From positions 1-40,387 of the forward strand of contig DAIEQH010000002.1 of the NCBI GenBank assembly GCA_027347985.1: a DNA stretch of 40,387 nucleotides. Reading direction: 5' to 3'. This DNA is from Candidatus Nomurabacteria bacterium (GTDB lineage Bacteria; Patescibacteriota; Minisyncoccia; Phycocordibacterales; UBA9973). How positions within the stretch are numbered: the first letter of the stretch is position 1; each line of letters begins with the position of its first letter. The notes beneath the pieces are model-generated. The model saw only the letters and a program-made list of their open reading frames with translations, did not search any database and was not told where the DNA came from. This document shows, in pieces, positions 1 to 7,499 of the stretch. The position numbers and the translations under genes are program-made.

Positions 1-2580
1 TATTCTATAGAAGAACATACTTTAATGGCAATGAATCAGTTTGAAAAATATTATTCTGACAAAGAATTGCCTATTGGAATAGAGAGAAACTTCTTTCGAT
101 TTATGCTTTCTATACATGATATTGGTAAACCAGAAGCTATAAAAACGGGTGATATAAAAAAACAGCATGAATTTACTATTAAAGAAGCTCAAGTTGGTAA
201 ATTGTCGGGTTTATGGTCACACTATTCGAAAGATAATAAATTATTTAAATCTTTAGTTGGCCAAGATTATTTGGGTACATATATCAAAGGTGGAGACATT
301 GACAGTACTTTTGTTAAAATATTAGAAGCTTCTAGAAAAACTGATTTATCTCCGAGTGATTTTCTAAAAGCTTTAGAAATATATTATAAGGTGGATGCTG
401 GAAGTTATACAGAAGATGCAGGAGGGAAAAAATCTTTAGATAGGTTATTTAATTTTGATCAAGAAAAAAAAGAACTTTCTTTTTCAAAGGAAGTTGAAGA
501 TAAGTTTTCTTTATTAAAAAACAAAATTATGGAACACGAAAATCAAGAGAATAAGTTAAAAACTGATACTTTAGACAAAAAAGACCAAAAAGAATTAAGA
601 GATTTTAGTAAAAAATATGCTCTTTCTTTTCGTAAAGAAACAGCTCAAAAGATTAATAATTTAAGGTTTGCTTATGAAAACAAGCTAGTGGAAAAGCCTA
701 AAGAAATAGAAAAATACCAAGAAGATATCTCTGTTAAAAAAGACGAAAAAGAAAAGAAAGAACAAGAACTGTTGTTGATACAGAAAGATTTAGAAGAAAA
801 AGAAAGAGAATTGGAATCATTACAACAATCTATGAATGAGTGGAAAAATGAATTTTGGGTAAAAATAAGGAGTTTTTTGTCTAAAAAGAGTGTAGAAGAA
901 GAATTGAAACTTTATACAAGTAGTATAGAAACGATTAAAAATTATATAAGCAATAAGAAAGTAGAAGGACAAACACAGGAAGAAATTTTAAATAGATTAA
1001 ACAAGGAAATAGAAGAAAAATATAGGTTAATTGAAGAAACAGAGTCATTGTTAAGTTCTGAAGAAGAATTAGAAGAGATAAAGAATGCTTCTAGTAATTT
1101 TTATAGTAAAATTAAACAGGAAAAAATAAATCTAGATTTAGATAGTAAATTTAGAGACATAACAACAATTAGCTTAAAAAACGAAGCTTTATTTTGTCAC
1201 GCTCTACCTATTGAGAGAGAATATGATAATTCATTTTCCCAAAATAATGCTTTGGTAAATACAAGAAAAATAGAAGCTGAAGAAAAGATAAAAATGATAA
1301 TTGGAATAGAGCCGACAATCTCTGTTTCAAGTATTAACAATACAAGCCAAAAATTAGTGCGAAAATTTGGAGTTATTTTAAAAGGAGGAAAGATCTTGAG
1401 TGCTTATGCAGGAGATGCGGGTACATTAATAGAAGAAAATATCAATAATCGAAAATCAAAATATGATTCAGATTTAAAACATTCTAATTTACAAAGTGGC
1501 ATAGAAGAAAAGATAAATAAAGCATTACTTCATATTAATACTAGAACTGAAGACAATAATGGTTCTATTTCTAGTATGGATCAAGGTTGGAATGAGATTA
1601 TAGTTGAAAATCCTCAATTAGCTGGTATCTACTGTCAAGATGTTGAGATTTTAAAGAAAAATATTGCAGATATTTACGGGATGAGTAAAAATTTATCTTT
1701 ACCAGTGTATTTAATTGAAGGTACAAAAATTTCTGAGATGATTTTTCCTGAAAATAGTGAACTTAGTTATCAAAAAATTATTAAGGAAGATTTAATAAAA
1801 TTTAAACAAGTTTCATTAAAGGAGGTTTTAGAAAATAAAGTAATGTTTAGCAAGAACCAAAAAGCTGATATAGCCGAAAGTGTAATAGATAGAGAAACTT
1901 TTGAAGTTAAAAAAGAAAACATATATAAATTTAATAGTTACAATATTGGTAGAGCACAATTTAATTTTATGAAAAGAATAGATGCTGGAGAAATGGTAGA
2001 AGTTCGTAGAATTGATGATGTACATGAGAATAATGAAAATTTCTTTGCGATAGTTGGAGGTGGAATAAAGATTGAAAAACTAGAATATGACGAATGGCAA
2101 TGGGAACATCATGGTAAGGAAAGTTGGGGAGAATATGGATATCATGGTTATGCTCGAAAATCTAAAGAGGATGGGAAAGTAAGGCTAGGAGGCATGGCAA
2201 GTGGGATTCCAGGATGGGAATTTTATGGTGAAATTGATAAAGAAAATGGGATTAGCTCATATCTTGATTTAGCTGAATCTAATTTAAATGAAAGAATGAA
2301 TCAAATGCGAGATTTAAAGTTAAAAAGAGAGAATACTAAAAATCTTGATTTAGTAAAAAAATCATATATTTTCAATCTTTATGGTTTTGCGGAAGAATGT
2401 AAAAAAATTGGTGATTTACTGAATTATGAAAGAGCTATAAAAATTATAGAAAAATTTGGTGATTTAAAATCTTGTCAAAATTTTGTAGAAAAAAGACAAG
2501 GAAAAGATGGGAAATTTCAAACACTAGAAGAAGATATACCATTAGAAATAAGAGAAAAAATTAAGGATTTAAAAAAGTAA
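1..2580 (+). CDS. HD-domain / long coiled-coil protein of unknown function, 5' end cut by the window edge
   Basis: The frame is open from position 1 (codons 1-24 read YSIEEHTL with no stop), so the ATG at 25 is probably internal. An H...HD signature (EEHTL ... SIHDIGKP) is typical of HD phosphohydrolases. Residues ~170-370 are K/E-rich and coiled-coil-like. I recognise no motif in the C-terminal ~480 aa. Confidence 0.6.
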   Translation, partial: YSIEEHTLMAMNQFEKYYSDKELPIGIERNFFRFMLSIHDIGKPEAIKTGDIKKQHEFTIKEAQVGKLSGLWSHYSKDNKLFKSLVGQDYLGTYIKGGDIDSTFVKILEASRKTDLSPSDFLKALEIYYKVDAGSYTEDAGGKKSLDRLFNFDQEKKELSFSKEVEDKFSLLKNKIMEHENQENKLKTDTLDKKDQKELRDFSKKYALSFRKETAQKINNLRFAYENKLVEKPKEIEKYQEDISVKKDEKEKKEQELLLIQKDLEEKERELESLQQSMNEWKNEFWVKIRSFLSKKSVEEELKLYTSSIETIKNYISNKKVEGQTQEEILNRLNKEIEEKYRLIEETESLLSSEEELEEIKNASSNFYSKIKQEKINLDLDSKFRDITTISLKNEALFCHALPIEREYDNSFSQNNALVNTRKIEAEEKIKMIIGIEPTISVSSINNTSQKLVRKFGVILKGGKILSAYAGDAGTLIEENINNRKSKYDSDLKHSNLQSGIEEKINKALLHINTRTEDNNGSISSMDQGWNEIIVENPQLAGIYCQDVEILKKNIADIYGMSKNLSLPVYLIEGTKISEMIFPENSELSYQKIIKEDLIKFKQVSLKEVLENKVMFSKNQKADIAESVIDRETFEVKKENIYKFNSYNIGRAQFNFMKRIDAGEMVEVRRIDDVHENNENFFAIVGGGIKIEKLEYDEWQWEHHGKESWGEYGYHGYARKSKEDGKVRLGGMASGIPGWEFYGEIDKENGISSYLDLAESNLNERMNQMRDLKLKRENTKNLDLVKKSYIFNLYGFAEECKKIGDLLNYERAIKIIEKFGDLKSCQNFVEKRQGKDGKFQTLEEDIPLEIREKIKDLKK

Positions 2581-2625
2581 TTTTTTTATACTAAAAAATA
2601 GAAAATGGTTTAATTAAATCTTTAA

Positions 2626-3771
2626 TTACTCTTTACTTTCAATAATAAAACTTGCTCGCTTGTATAATTCATCAAAAGTAATTATGTCTATTCCATGTAT
2701 TGATTTTCTAAACCGTTGAAATGTTTCTCTTTTGTTTCTTTCTTCACCAAATTCAGACAATGAACCAATTACAATAATTCCTTTTGGCTGAACTGTATAA
2801 ACATTTTTTTTCTCAAGTCTATCTCTATTTTCTGGTTGTTCTGAACCTTGTTTTTCCCAAGTGTAAATATTTGCTTCGATTTGGGATAGGGCATCCGTAA
2901 GATTTTTAGATAGACTCCACGCACCATTTCTAATTTGTGTAACACCTTGAAGCAAGGGGGTTTTTGGAGTTTTAATTTCCACAAGAATAGTAAAGTTGAT
3001 ATCTCCAAGAGTGGAAGTCAAATAGTCACCCTTTTGTCCACCTTTTCCATCTACTTTTTGTCCTCCATAATGTGCTTGTGTTTGTTCCTGTTTTAAAATT
3101 TGATAATTTAAACCATAACCAAAAATCCATTTATTCTTTTCAAAAAAATCTTGCCACCAATTTTCTTCTGTAGTATGTTCCGTGAGTGCTTTTTTAAATT
3201 CTGCTAATTTCTCTCTTCGTTTAATAACAATATTTAAATCATCCTGTGAAAGACTCACTCCGGGTATTGAGGAAAGCTGTTTTATAATACTGACAATACT
3301 AGCTACGTCTCTACCACGCAATGCAGAAACAATTTCTCCTTCTCCTTGTGATACAAGAGAAAATTTTCCCCTAGGTATTTCAATTTCCTGTAATGTTTGC
3401 AAAAACGAAATTAATTGCCAAAAATTATCATGGCAATCATTAAGACTAATACTAGCTTTTGTAAAATTTGCATTTTCTTCTTCCGTACTAATTATTTCTA
3501 AAATTTTACCGCTCTTGTCTCTTGTTGAAAATGCTAAACGAGGACTAAATTTGTCGCCTTTCTTGATTAGGGTTACTTGGCATATATAATCCACTCTTTC
3601 TTTTTCTTGAAGAATAAATTTTTTAATAATGCTATTATTTTTTCTATTAGAAAAGTAATAGAAACTCTGAATCGCAGTTGGATTAATTTGGAGATCAGAA
3701 AAATTATCTTCTCCAATTATAAAATCTTTATTTCTGTTAAATCCATTCATAAAAATTTTAGAGAGTTTCAT
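2626..3771 (-). CDS. sduA: Shedu-type defence nuclease (DUF4263 / SduA-like PD-(D/E)xK domain)
   Basis: 381-aa ORF with an ATG start. The C-terminal half has the DUF4263 layout: WWQDFFEKNKWIFGYGL, GDYL (Asp), ILVEIKTP (ExK), ALSQIEANIY and IITFDELY. The N-terminal domain is variable. The gene starts 4 nt after the XRE gene stop, so the two look like an operon. Confidence 0.7.
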   Translation of the reverse strand: MKLSKIFMNGFNRNKDFIIGEDNFSDLQINPTAIQSFYYFSNRKNNSIIKKFILQEKERVDYICQVTLIKKGDKFSPRLAFSTRDKSGKILEIISTEEENANFTKASISLNDCHDNFWQLISFLQTLQEIEIPRGKFSLVSQGEGEIVSALRGRDVASIVSIIKQLSSIPGVSLSQDDLNIVIKRREKLAEFKKALTEHTTEENWWQDFFEKNKWIFGYGLNYQILKQEQTQAHYGGQKVDGKGGQKGDYLTSTLGDINFTILVEIKTPKTPLLQGVTQIRNGAWSLSKNLTDALSQIEANIYTWEKQGSEQPENRDRLEKKNVYTVQPKGIIVIGSLSEFGEERNKRETFQRFRKSIHGIDIITFDELYKRASFIIESKE

Positions 3772-3775
3772 ATTT

Positions 3776-3979
3776 TTATTTTAAAAGCTCATCTATAGAA
3801 ACATTAAGTGCTTTTGCTAATTTGGTAATCGTTGAAAGTGTCGGGTTTTTATTACCACTTTCAATATTGCTTATATACGCTCTATCAACATCTAATTTTC
3901 GGCAAATATCGCCTTGCGACATTTGCTTTTCAAGACGAATTCTTTTCATATTTTGACCTAATTTTTTTGAGTTATTCAC
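3776..3979 (-). CDS. XRE-family helix-turn-helix transcriptional regulator
   Basis: 67 aa. LGQNMKRIRLEKQMSQGDICRKLDVDRAYISNIESGNKNPTLSTITKLAKALNVSIDELL is a canonical Cro/C1 HTH. The annotated start is GTG (3977-3979). An internal ATG 10 codons in is an alternative start. Confidence 0.85.
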   Translation of the reverse strand: MNNSKKLGQNMKRIRLEKQMSQGDICRKLDVDRAYISNIESGNKNPTLSTITKLAKALNVSIDELLK

Positions 3980-3985
3980 AGTTTT

Positions 3986-4035
3986 AGTATAATACCGATT
4001 GTTTTTTCTAACAATATTGTTTTATAATACAATAT
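3986..4035 (-). promoter_or_regulatory. Candidate sigma70-type promoter and operator for the XRE-Shedu operon
   Basis: On the minus strand: TTGTTA (4009-4014), 17-bp spacer, TATACT (3986-3991), 6 nt, then GTG. A perfect 12-bp palindrome AACAATATTGTT (4010-4021) overlaps the -35. The half-site ACAATAT recurs at 4029-4035. Confidence 0.45.
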
Positions 4036-4273
4036 AGAAGCCCGCATTCCTCCCCAAACCCCTCCTGCGGGCAGAATTTGAAATCTCGCCAAAAGATGAC
4101 AGCCGAAAAAAGCGAAATCCTTTTTCCCAAAATTTATGCTTTCGCTTTTTGAGTCCATTTTTAAATTCCACATTAGGAGAGCGTAGTAGATAGTTTAAAA
4201 TTATTAGAAAAGTCGAGCGTGCACTTAACCTTGATTTTGTTCAAAATAAGTTCGTGCAAAGGTAAGTAAGACA

Positions 4274-4390
4274 CCACAAAAAGAAACTTCGTCGGTGGTG
4301 AGCGAAAAATTCGAGCACGCCAAAGGCGTGCGAGGTTGTGAAAAAATTAAATCCGCCCTGCGGGCATAAATGAATTCGGTGGGTGGGCAA
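4274..4390. repeat. Left copy of a 117-bp inverted repeat (IR-L) flanking the serine recombinase gene
   Basis: Base-by-base comparison shows 4274-4390 equals the reverse complement of 5857-5973 except one position (4335 g, paired with 5912 t). Weaker similarity continues inward to ~4420 after a 9-nt indel. The repeat contains the internal hairpin GCACGCC-AAA-GGCGTGC. Confidence 0.9.
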
Positions 4391-4444
4391 GAAGCAAGAA
4401 ATGAGATTAATAATGGATTTTTTTAATATCTAAAAACAAATAAA

Positions 4445-6025
4445 ATGTTAAAACCAAAATATTTTCTTTACGCACGAAAAAGCACCGAGGATGACGACAA
4501 ACAAGTTATGTCTATCGAAGCTCAACTTTTTGAGCTTCGAGAATTCGCACGTAAAGAAAATCTTGAAATTCTTGAAGAATTTCAAGAGTCGAAAAGTGCA
4601 AAGAAACCGGGTCGTGAAAAATTTAATGAAATGATGTCCCGCATTGAGCAAATGGAAGGAGTAGGAATTTTAGCATGGCATCCCGACAGACTTGCTCGTA
4701 ATAGTGTTGATGGTGGACGTATCATTTACGCAGTGGACACGACAAAAATAGTTTCTTTACGCTTTCCGACATTTTGGTTTGAACCGACCCCGCAAGGACT
4801 ATTTATGTTACAAGTGGCGTTCGGGCAATCCAAGTATTATTCTGACAACCTTAAACAAAATGTTGAGCGAGGAATTCGCCAAAAAGTGAGACGTGGTGAA
4901 TGGCTTACCAAAGGACCCCGTGGCTACATCAATAATCCGAAAACAAAAAATATTGAACCTGATCCGGTGTTGGCAAGAATTATTGTAAAAGCATTTGAAG
5001 AATACGCCACGGGCAAACACACTTTTAGAACTCTCTCACACTTTTTGGCAGAATATGGTGTCATTACGAAAAGCGGAACGCCACTTGGCAAAGCTTCCAT
5101 TTACGAATTACTTACCAACAAGGCATATATCGGCTTGGTAAAACATCATGATGAATGGTTTCAAGGAAACTTTGTGCCAATTATTTCCATAAATTTATTT
5201 GAAGCTGTGCAGAAAAGATTGAAAGAAAAATCAAGACCTCGCAAAACAAAAGCCGGACACAATTTTCCTTTTACCGGATTATTTCGTTGTGGTGAATGTG
5301 GAAGTATGATAACCGCTCAATGGGCGACAGGAAATAGCGGTGAGCGTTATCGTTATTATCGTTGCACAAAGAAAAAGGAAAATTGTTCACAAAGATATTT
5401 ACGAGAAGACAAAATGATTTTTCAACTAAAGGAACAGCTTCAAAAGATTACGCTTCCCGACGAATGGATTAAGTTTATGGAAGAAAAAACTGACGAATGG
5501 GAAAAAGAAGTGAAAATTTCGTCAGGAAGCTATGTCGGGCAGATTAAAGACAATGAGCGAGAGACGCAGAAAAAACTAGATAATTTAATCACAATATATT
5601 TAGACGGTGATATTCCAAAAGAAAATTATCTAGCAAAGAAAAATAAATTATTAAAACAAAAAGTGTCCCTCGCTCAAAAAATGGACTCTGCCCGAGTGGA
5701 GAGAAATAATTGGGTCGAACCTTTGCGGAAATGGATTTTAGATATAAAAAAAGCCACGCAATTGATTTCAAGCGACAATTTTTTTGAAATTCGTGATTAT
5801 TTCAAAAAAATTGGAACGAACCTAAAATTGCGTGACAAATCCATATCAATCTCATTTTGCCCACCCACCGAATTCATTTATGCCCGCAGGGCGGATTTAA
5901 TTTTTTCACAATCTCGCACGCCTTTGGCGTGCTCGAATTTTTCGCTCACCACCGACGAAGTTTCTTTTTGTGGACCCTACAGGACTCGAACCTGCCACCT
6001 CCTCATTGCAAATGAGGCGCTCTAG
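4445..6025 (+). CDS. Large serine recombinase (resolvase/invertase catalytic domain, recombinase domain, zinc ribbon, coiled coil)
   Basis: The N-terminus YARKSTEDDDKQVMSIEAQ carries the catalytic Ser context, followed by HPDRLARN. A zinc ribbon (CGECG...YYRCTKKKENC) is followed by a long coiled coil. There is no stop codon until 6025, so the last ~55 codons cross IR-R and run antisense into tRNA-Ala. The functional C-terminus is uncertain. Confidence 0.85.
   Translation: MLKPKYFLYARKSTEDDDKQVMSIEAQLFELREFARKENLEILEEFQESKSAKKPGREKFNEMMSRIEQMEGVGILAWHPDRLARNSVDGGRIIYAVDTTKIVSLRFPTFWFEPTPQGLFMLQVAFGQSKYYSDNLKQNVERGIRQKVRRGEWLTKGPRGYINNPKTKNIEPDPVLARIIVKAFEEYATGKHTFRTLSHFLAEYGVITKSGTPLGKASIYELLTNKAYIGLVKHHDEWFQGNFVPIISINLFEAVQKRLKEKSRPRKTKAGHNFPFTGLFRCGECGSMITAQWATGNSGERYRYYRCTKKKENCSQRYLREDKMIFQLKEQLQKITLPDEWIKFMEEKTDEWEKEVKISSGSYVGQIKDNERETQKKLDNLITIYLDGDIPKENYLAKKNKLLKQKVSLAQKMDSARVERNNWVEPLRKWILDIKKATQLISSDNFFEIRDYFKKIGTNLKLRDKSISISFCPPTEFIYARRADLIFSQSRTPLACSNFSLTTDEVSFCGPYRTRTCHLLIANEAL
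5857..5973. repeat. Right copy of the 117-bp inverted repeat (IR-R)
   Basis: This is the reverse complement of 4274-4390 (116/117 identical). It lies inside the 3' end of the recombinase ORF. Its outer 3 nt (5971-5973, tgg) are also the last 3 nt of the tRNA-Ala gene. Confidence 0.9.
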
Positions 6026-6044
6026 CCAGATGAGCTAAGGGCCC
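5971..6044 (-). tRNA. tRNA-Ala (anticodon UGC)
   Basis: The minus-strand 74-nt sequence folds as a cloverleaf: GGGCCCU UA GCUC AUCUGGCUA GAGC G CCUCA UUUGCAA UGAGG AGGUG GCAGG UUCGAGU CCUGU AGGGUCC A. It has the G3:U70 alanine identity pair, discriminator A73 and the T-loop UUCGAGU. No CCA is encoded (the next bases are CAA). Confidence 0.9.
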
Positions 6045-6102
6045 TTTAACTACTATGCTATTTTAACTTATTTTATCAAAAATGCAAACTTTATTTAAAA
6101 AG

Positions 6103-6134
6103 AAAAGCAGTCAAATTTATTTGAGACTGCTTTT
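6103..6134. terminator. Bidirectional intrinsic terminator-like hairpin
   Basis: aaaaGCAGTC-12 nt loop-GACTGCtttttt. The stem is flanked by an A-run and a T-run, so it could function in both orientations. Confidence 0.5.
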
Positions 6135-6239
6135 TTATTTCTCCTCTCCTTTCTTCTTTTTCCTACGAAAAGGTATAAAAGGGAGGGAATAAATCATGCA
6201 CCAAAGAAAGACAAATATTATAAGTGCTGTTCTACCCAC
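6135..6239 (-). CDS. Candidate 34-aa small hydrophobic peptide (not in the ORF track)
   Basis: On the minus strand: GGAGG (6244-6248), 4 nt, GTG, then VGRTALIIFVFLWCMIYSLPFIPFRRKKKKGEEK and a stop. That is one hydrophobic helix plus a basic tail. The hairpin at 6103-6134 follows directly. The SD-start spacing is short and I have no homology support. Confidence 0.25.
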   Translation of the reverse strand: MGRTALIIFVFLWCMIYSLPFIPFRRKKKKGEEK

Positions 6240-6272
6240 AATACCTCCTTTTAACAATTTGTTTTAAAAATC

Positions 6273-6298
6273 AAGCCTGCGTATAAAACCACAGGCTT
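6273..6298 (-). terminator. Intrinsic terminator after the zinc-ribbon gene
   Basis: On the minus strand, AAGCCTG-12 nt-CAGGCTT is followed by GATTTTT and lies immediately after the stop at 6300. Confidence 0.55.
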
Positions 6299-6299
6299 T

Positions 6300-6518
6300 T
6301 TAATTTCCGCAATTTGGACACTCTCCCCCAGTTTCAAAAATTGGAGACAAACATTCAGGACAAAAAGTCTTTGCTTTTGGATACATTCTTTTTAATGTAC
6401 CAAATAACTTTGACTCTTCAGAATGTTTTTCTATTCTCCTTATTTTTTTATAATAAGGAGAAAAACCCGATAATTTGAGCTCATCAATATAACTCAAATC
6501 TATTATATTATCTTTCAT
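6300..6518 (-). CDS. Small zinc-ribbon protein, function unknown
   Basis: 72 aa with C-terminal CPEC...CPNC. A strong SD is present (GGAGG, 5-nt spacer, ATG). Confidence 0.6.
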   Translation of the reverse strand: MKDNIIDLSYIDELKLSGFSPYYKKIRRIEKHSEESKLFGTLKRMYPKAKTFCPECLSPIFETGGECPNCGN

Positions 6519-6579
6519 TTGTTCCTCCAGAACATTTATTTACTTAAATAATATAACTTTTAACACAAAAGTCAACCCG

Positions 6580-7434
6580 TTAATAGTATCTCGCAATATT
6601 CTTTTTGTGCTCTTCGTAAGTCACTGCGCAGTGTATATTTCTATTTTTATCATGCAAATAAAACATGCAATTTGTTTTTTGCGGATTAAAAGCTGCGGCT
6701 ATGGCATCGAGCCCCGGATTAGCAATCGCTCCCGGAGGAAGACCCTCGTGTAAATATGTATTGTAAGAGGATTCTATTTTTTTATCTTCAGGTGTCACAT
6801 GAGTCCACCAACCCTCTTCTTCATTCCCCTTCGCATATTGAAGAGTAGCATCAATTTGTAATTTCATACCACTAAAAATACGATTCCAGATAATTCCAGA
6901 AATTAATCTCATGTCGTTTTTGCCAGCTGCTTCACGCTGAATGATAGATGCGATTTTGACAGCGGTATCTTCATTTATTATTTGTGCAGTTTTGGGTTTT
7001 TTAATTTTTTCCGTTGCTTTATTAAATTCATCAAACATCGCATTACTCATACCTTTCGGATCTTCATCTTTAGAAACCAAATAAGTTTTTGGAAAATAAT
7101 AACCTTCTCCGTTTACGTCACTTTTTGTATCGTTCAAAGCAAGATGAGCATTAATAAAATCATTTTTTTGTACAGGTCCCCAATCTAATTTATCCGCTAT
7201 CACTTCTGCTATTTGTTCTTTACGTAATCCTTCTTGCACTCGAATAATACGCATAGAAGGATTCGCTAGGTTTTCGTAAAAAGAAAGATCTGCAAGCAAA
7301 GAAGGATCAAAACCATAGTAATAAACTACGCCAAATAAAGTACCAACTAATAAAAAAAGGACTCCGACAAGATATTTTAATTTGATTCCCCGTGAAGTTT
7401 TCTTATTGTTATTCTTTTTTATAACTTTTTTCAT
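6580..7434 (-). CDS. mltG: Endolytic murein transglycosylase MltG (YceG-like)
   Basis: An N-terminal TM anchor is followed by YceG family motifs: QIDATLQYA, YNTYLHEGLPPGAIANPGLDAIAAAFNP. Confidence 0.85.
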   Translation of the reverse strand: MKKVIKKNNNKKTSRGIKLKYLVGVLFLLVGTLFGVVYYYGFDPSLLADLSFYENLANPSMRIIRVQEGLRKEQIAEVIADKLDWGPVQKNDFINAHLALNDTKSDVNGEGYYFPKTYLVSKDEDPKGMSNAMFDEFNKATEKIKKPKTAQIINEDTAVKIASIIQREAAGKNDMRLISGIIWNRIFSGMKLQIDATLQYAKGNEEEGWWTHVTPEDKKIESSYNTYLHEGLPPGAIANPGLDAIAAAFNPQKTNCMFYLHDKNRNIHCAVTYEEHKKNIARYY

Positions 7435-7472
7435 TTCTTATATTAAGTATAACAATATCAACCGACAAAAAC

Positions 7473-7499
7473 AAAAGCCCGCCTTGTGGGCGGGCTTTT
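7473..7499 (-). terminator. GC-rich intrinsic terminator hairpin upstream of mltG
   Basis: On the minus strand, aaaaGCCCGCC-cacaa-GGCGGGC is followed by TTTTGTTTTT. Confidence 0.6.

Larger units (their letters stand above)
4274..5973 (+). mobile_element. Recombinase cassette bounded by long inverted repeats (candidate invertible segment or IR-bounded mobile unit)
   Basis: A single large serine recombinase gene lies between two 117-bp inverted repeats and abuts tRNA-Ala. The cassette is visibly GC-richer than the surrounding DNA. Confidence 0.5.

Noticed and set aside
3182-3589. 135-aa plus-strand ORF inside the Shedu gene, and similar shadow ORFs (9067-9414, 11720-12094, 12745-13068, 24041-24385, 30316-30648, 35780-36127 and others)
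   Set aside because: All are antisense or alternate-frame ORFs inside long, motif-supported genes. They have S/P/F-rich low-complexity translations typical of shadow frames.
3976-4173. 65-aa ORF on the minus strand upstream of the XRE gene
   Set aside because: It lies across the predicted promoter/operator and the GC hairpins, has an odd composition (PAGGVWGGMRAS comes from the palindrome), and has no recognisable motif. It is more likely non-coding.
4274-4390. Could the 117-nt repeat unit be a duplicated 5S rRNA or other known small RNA?
   Set aside because: The length is 5S-like, but it lacks the conserved 5S strings (CCGAAC, GAAGUGAAAC, terminal helix I pairing). It also lacks SRP, tmRNA or 6S hallmarks.
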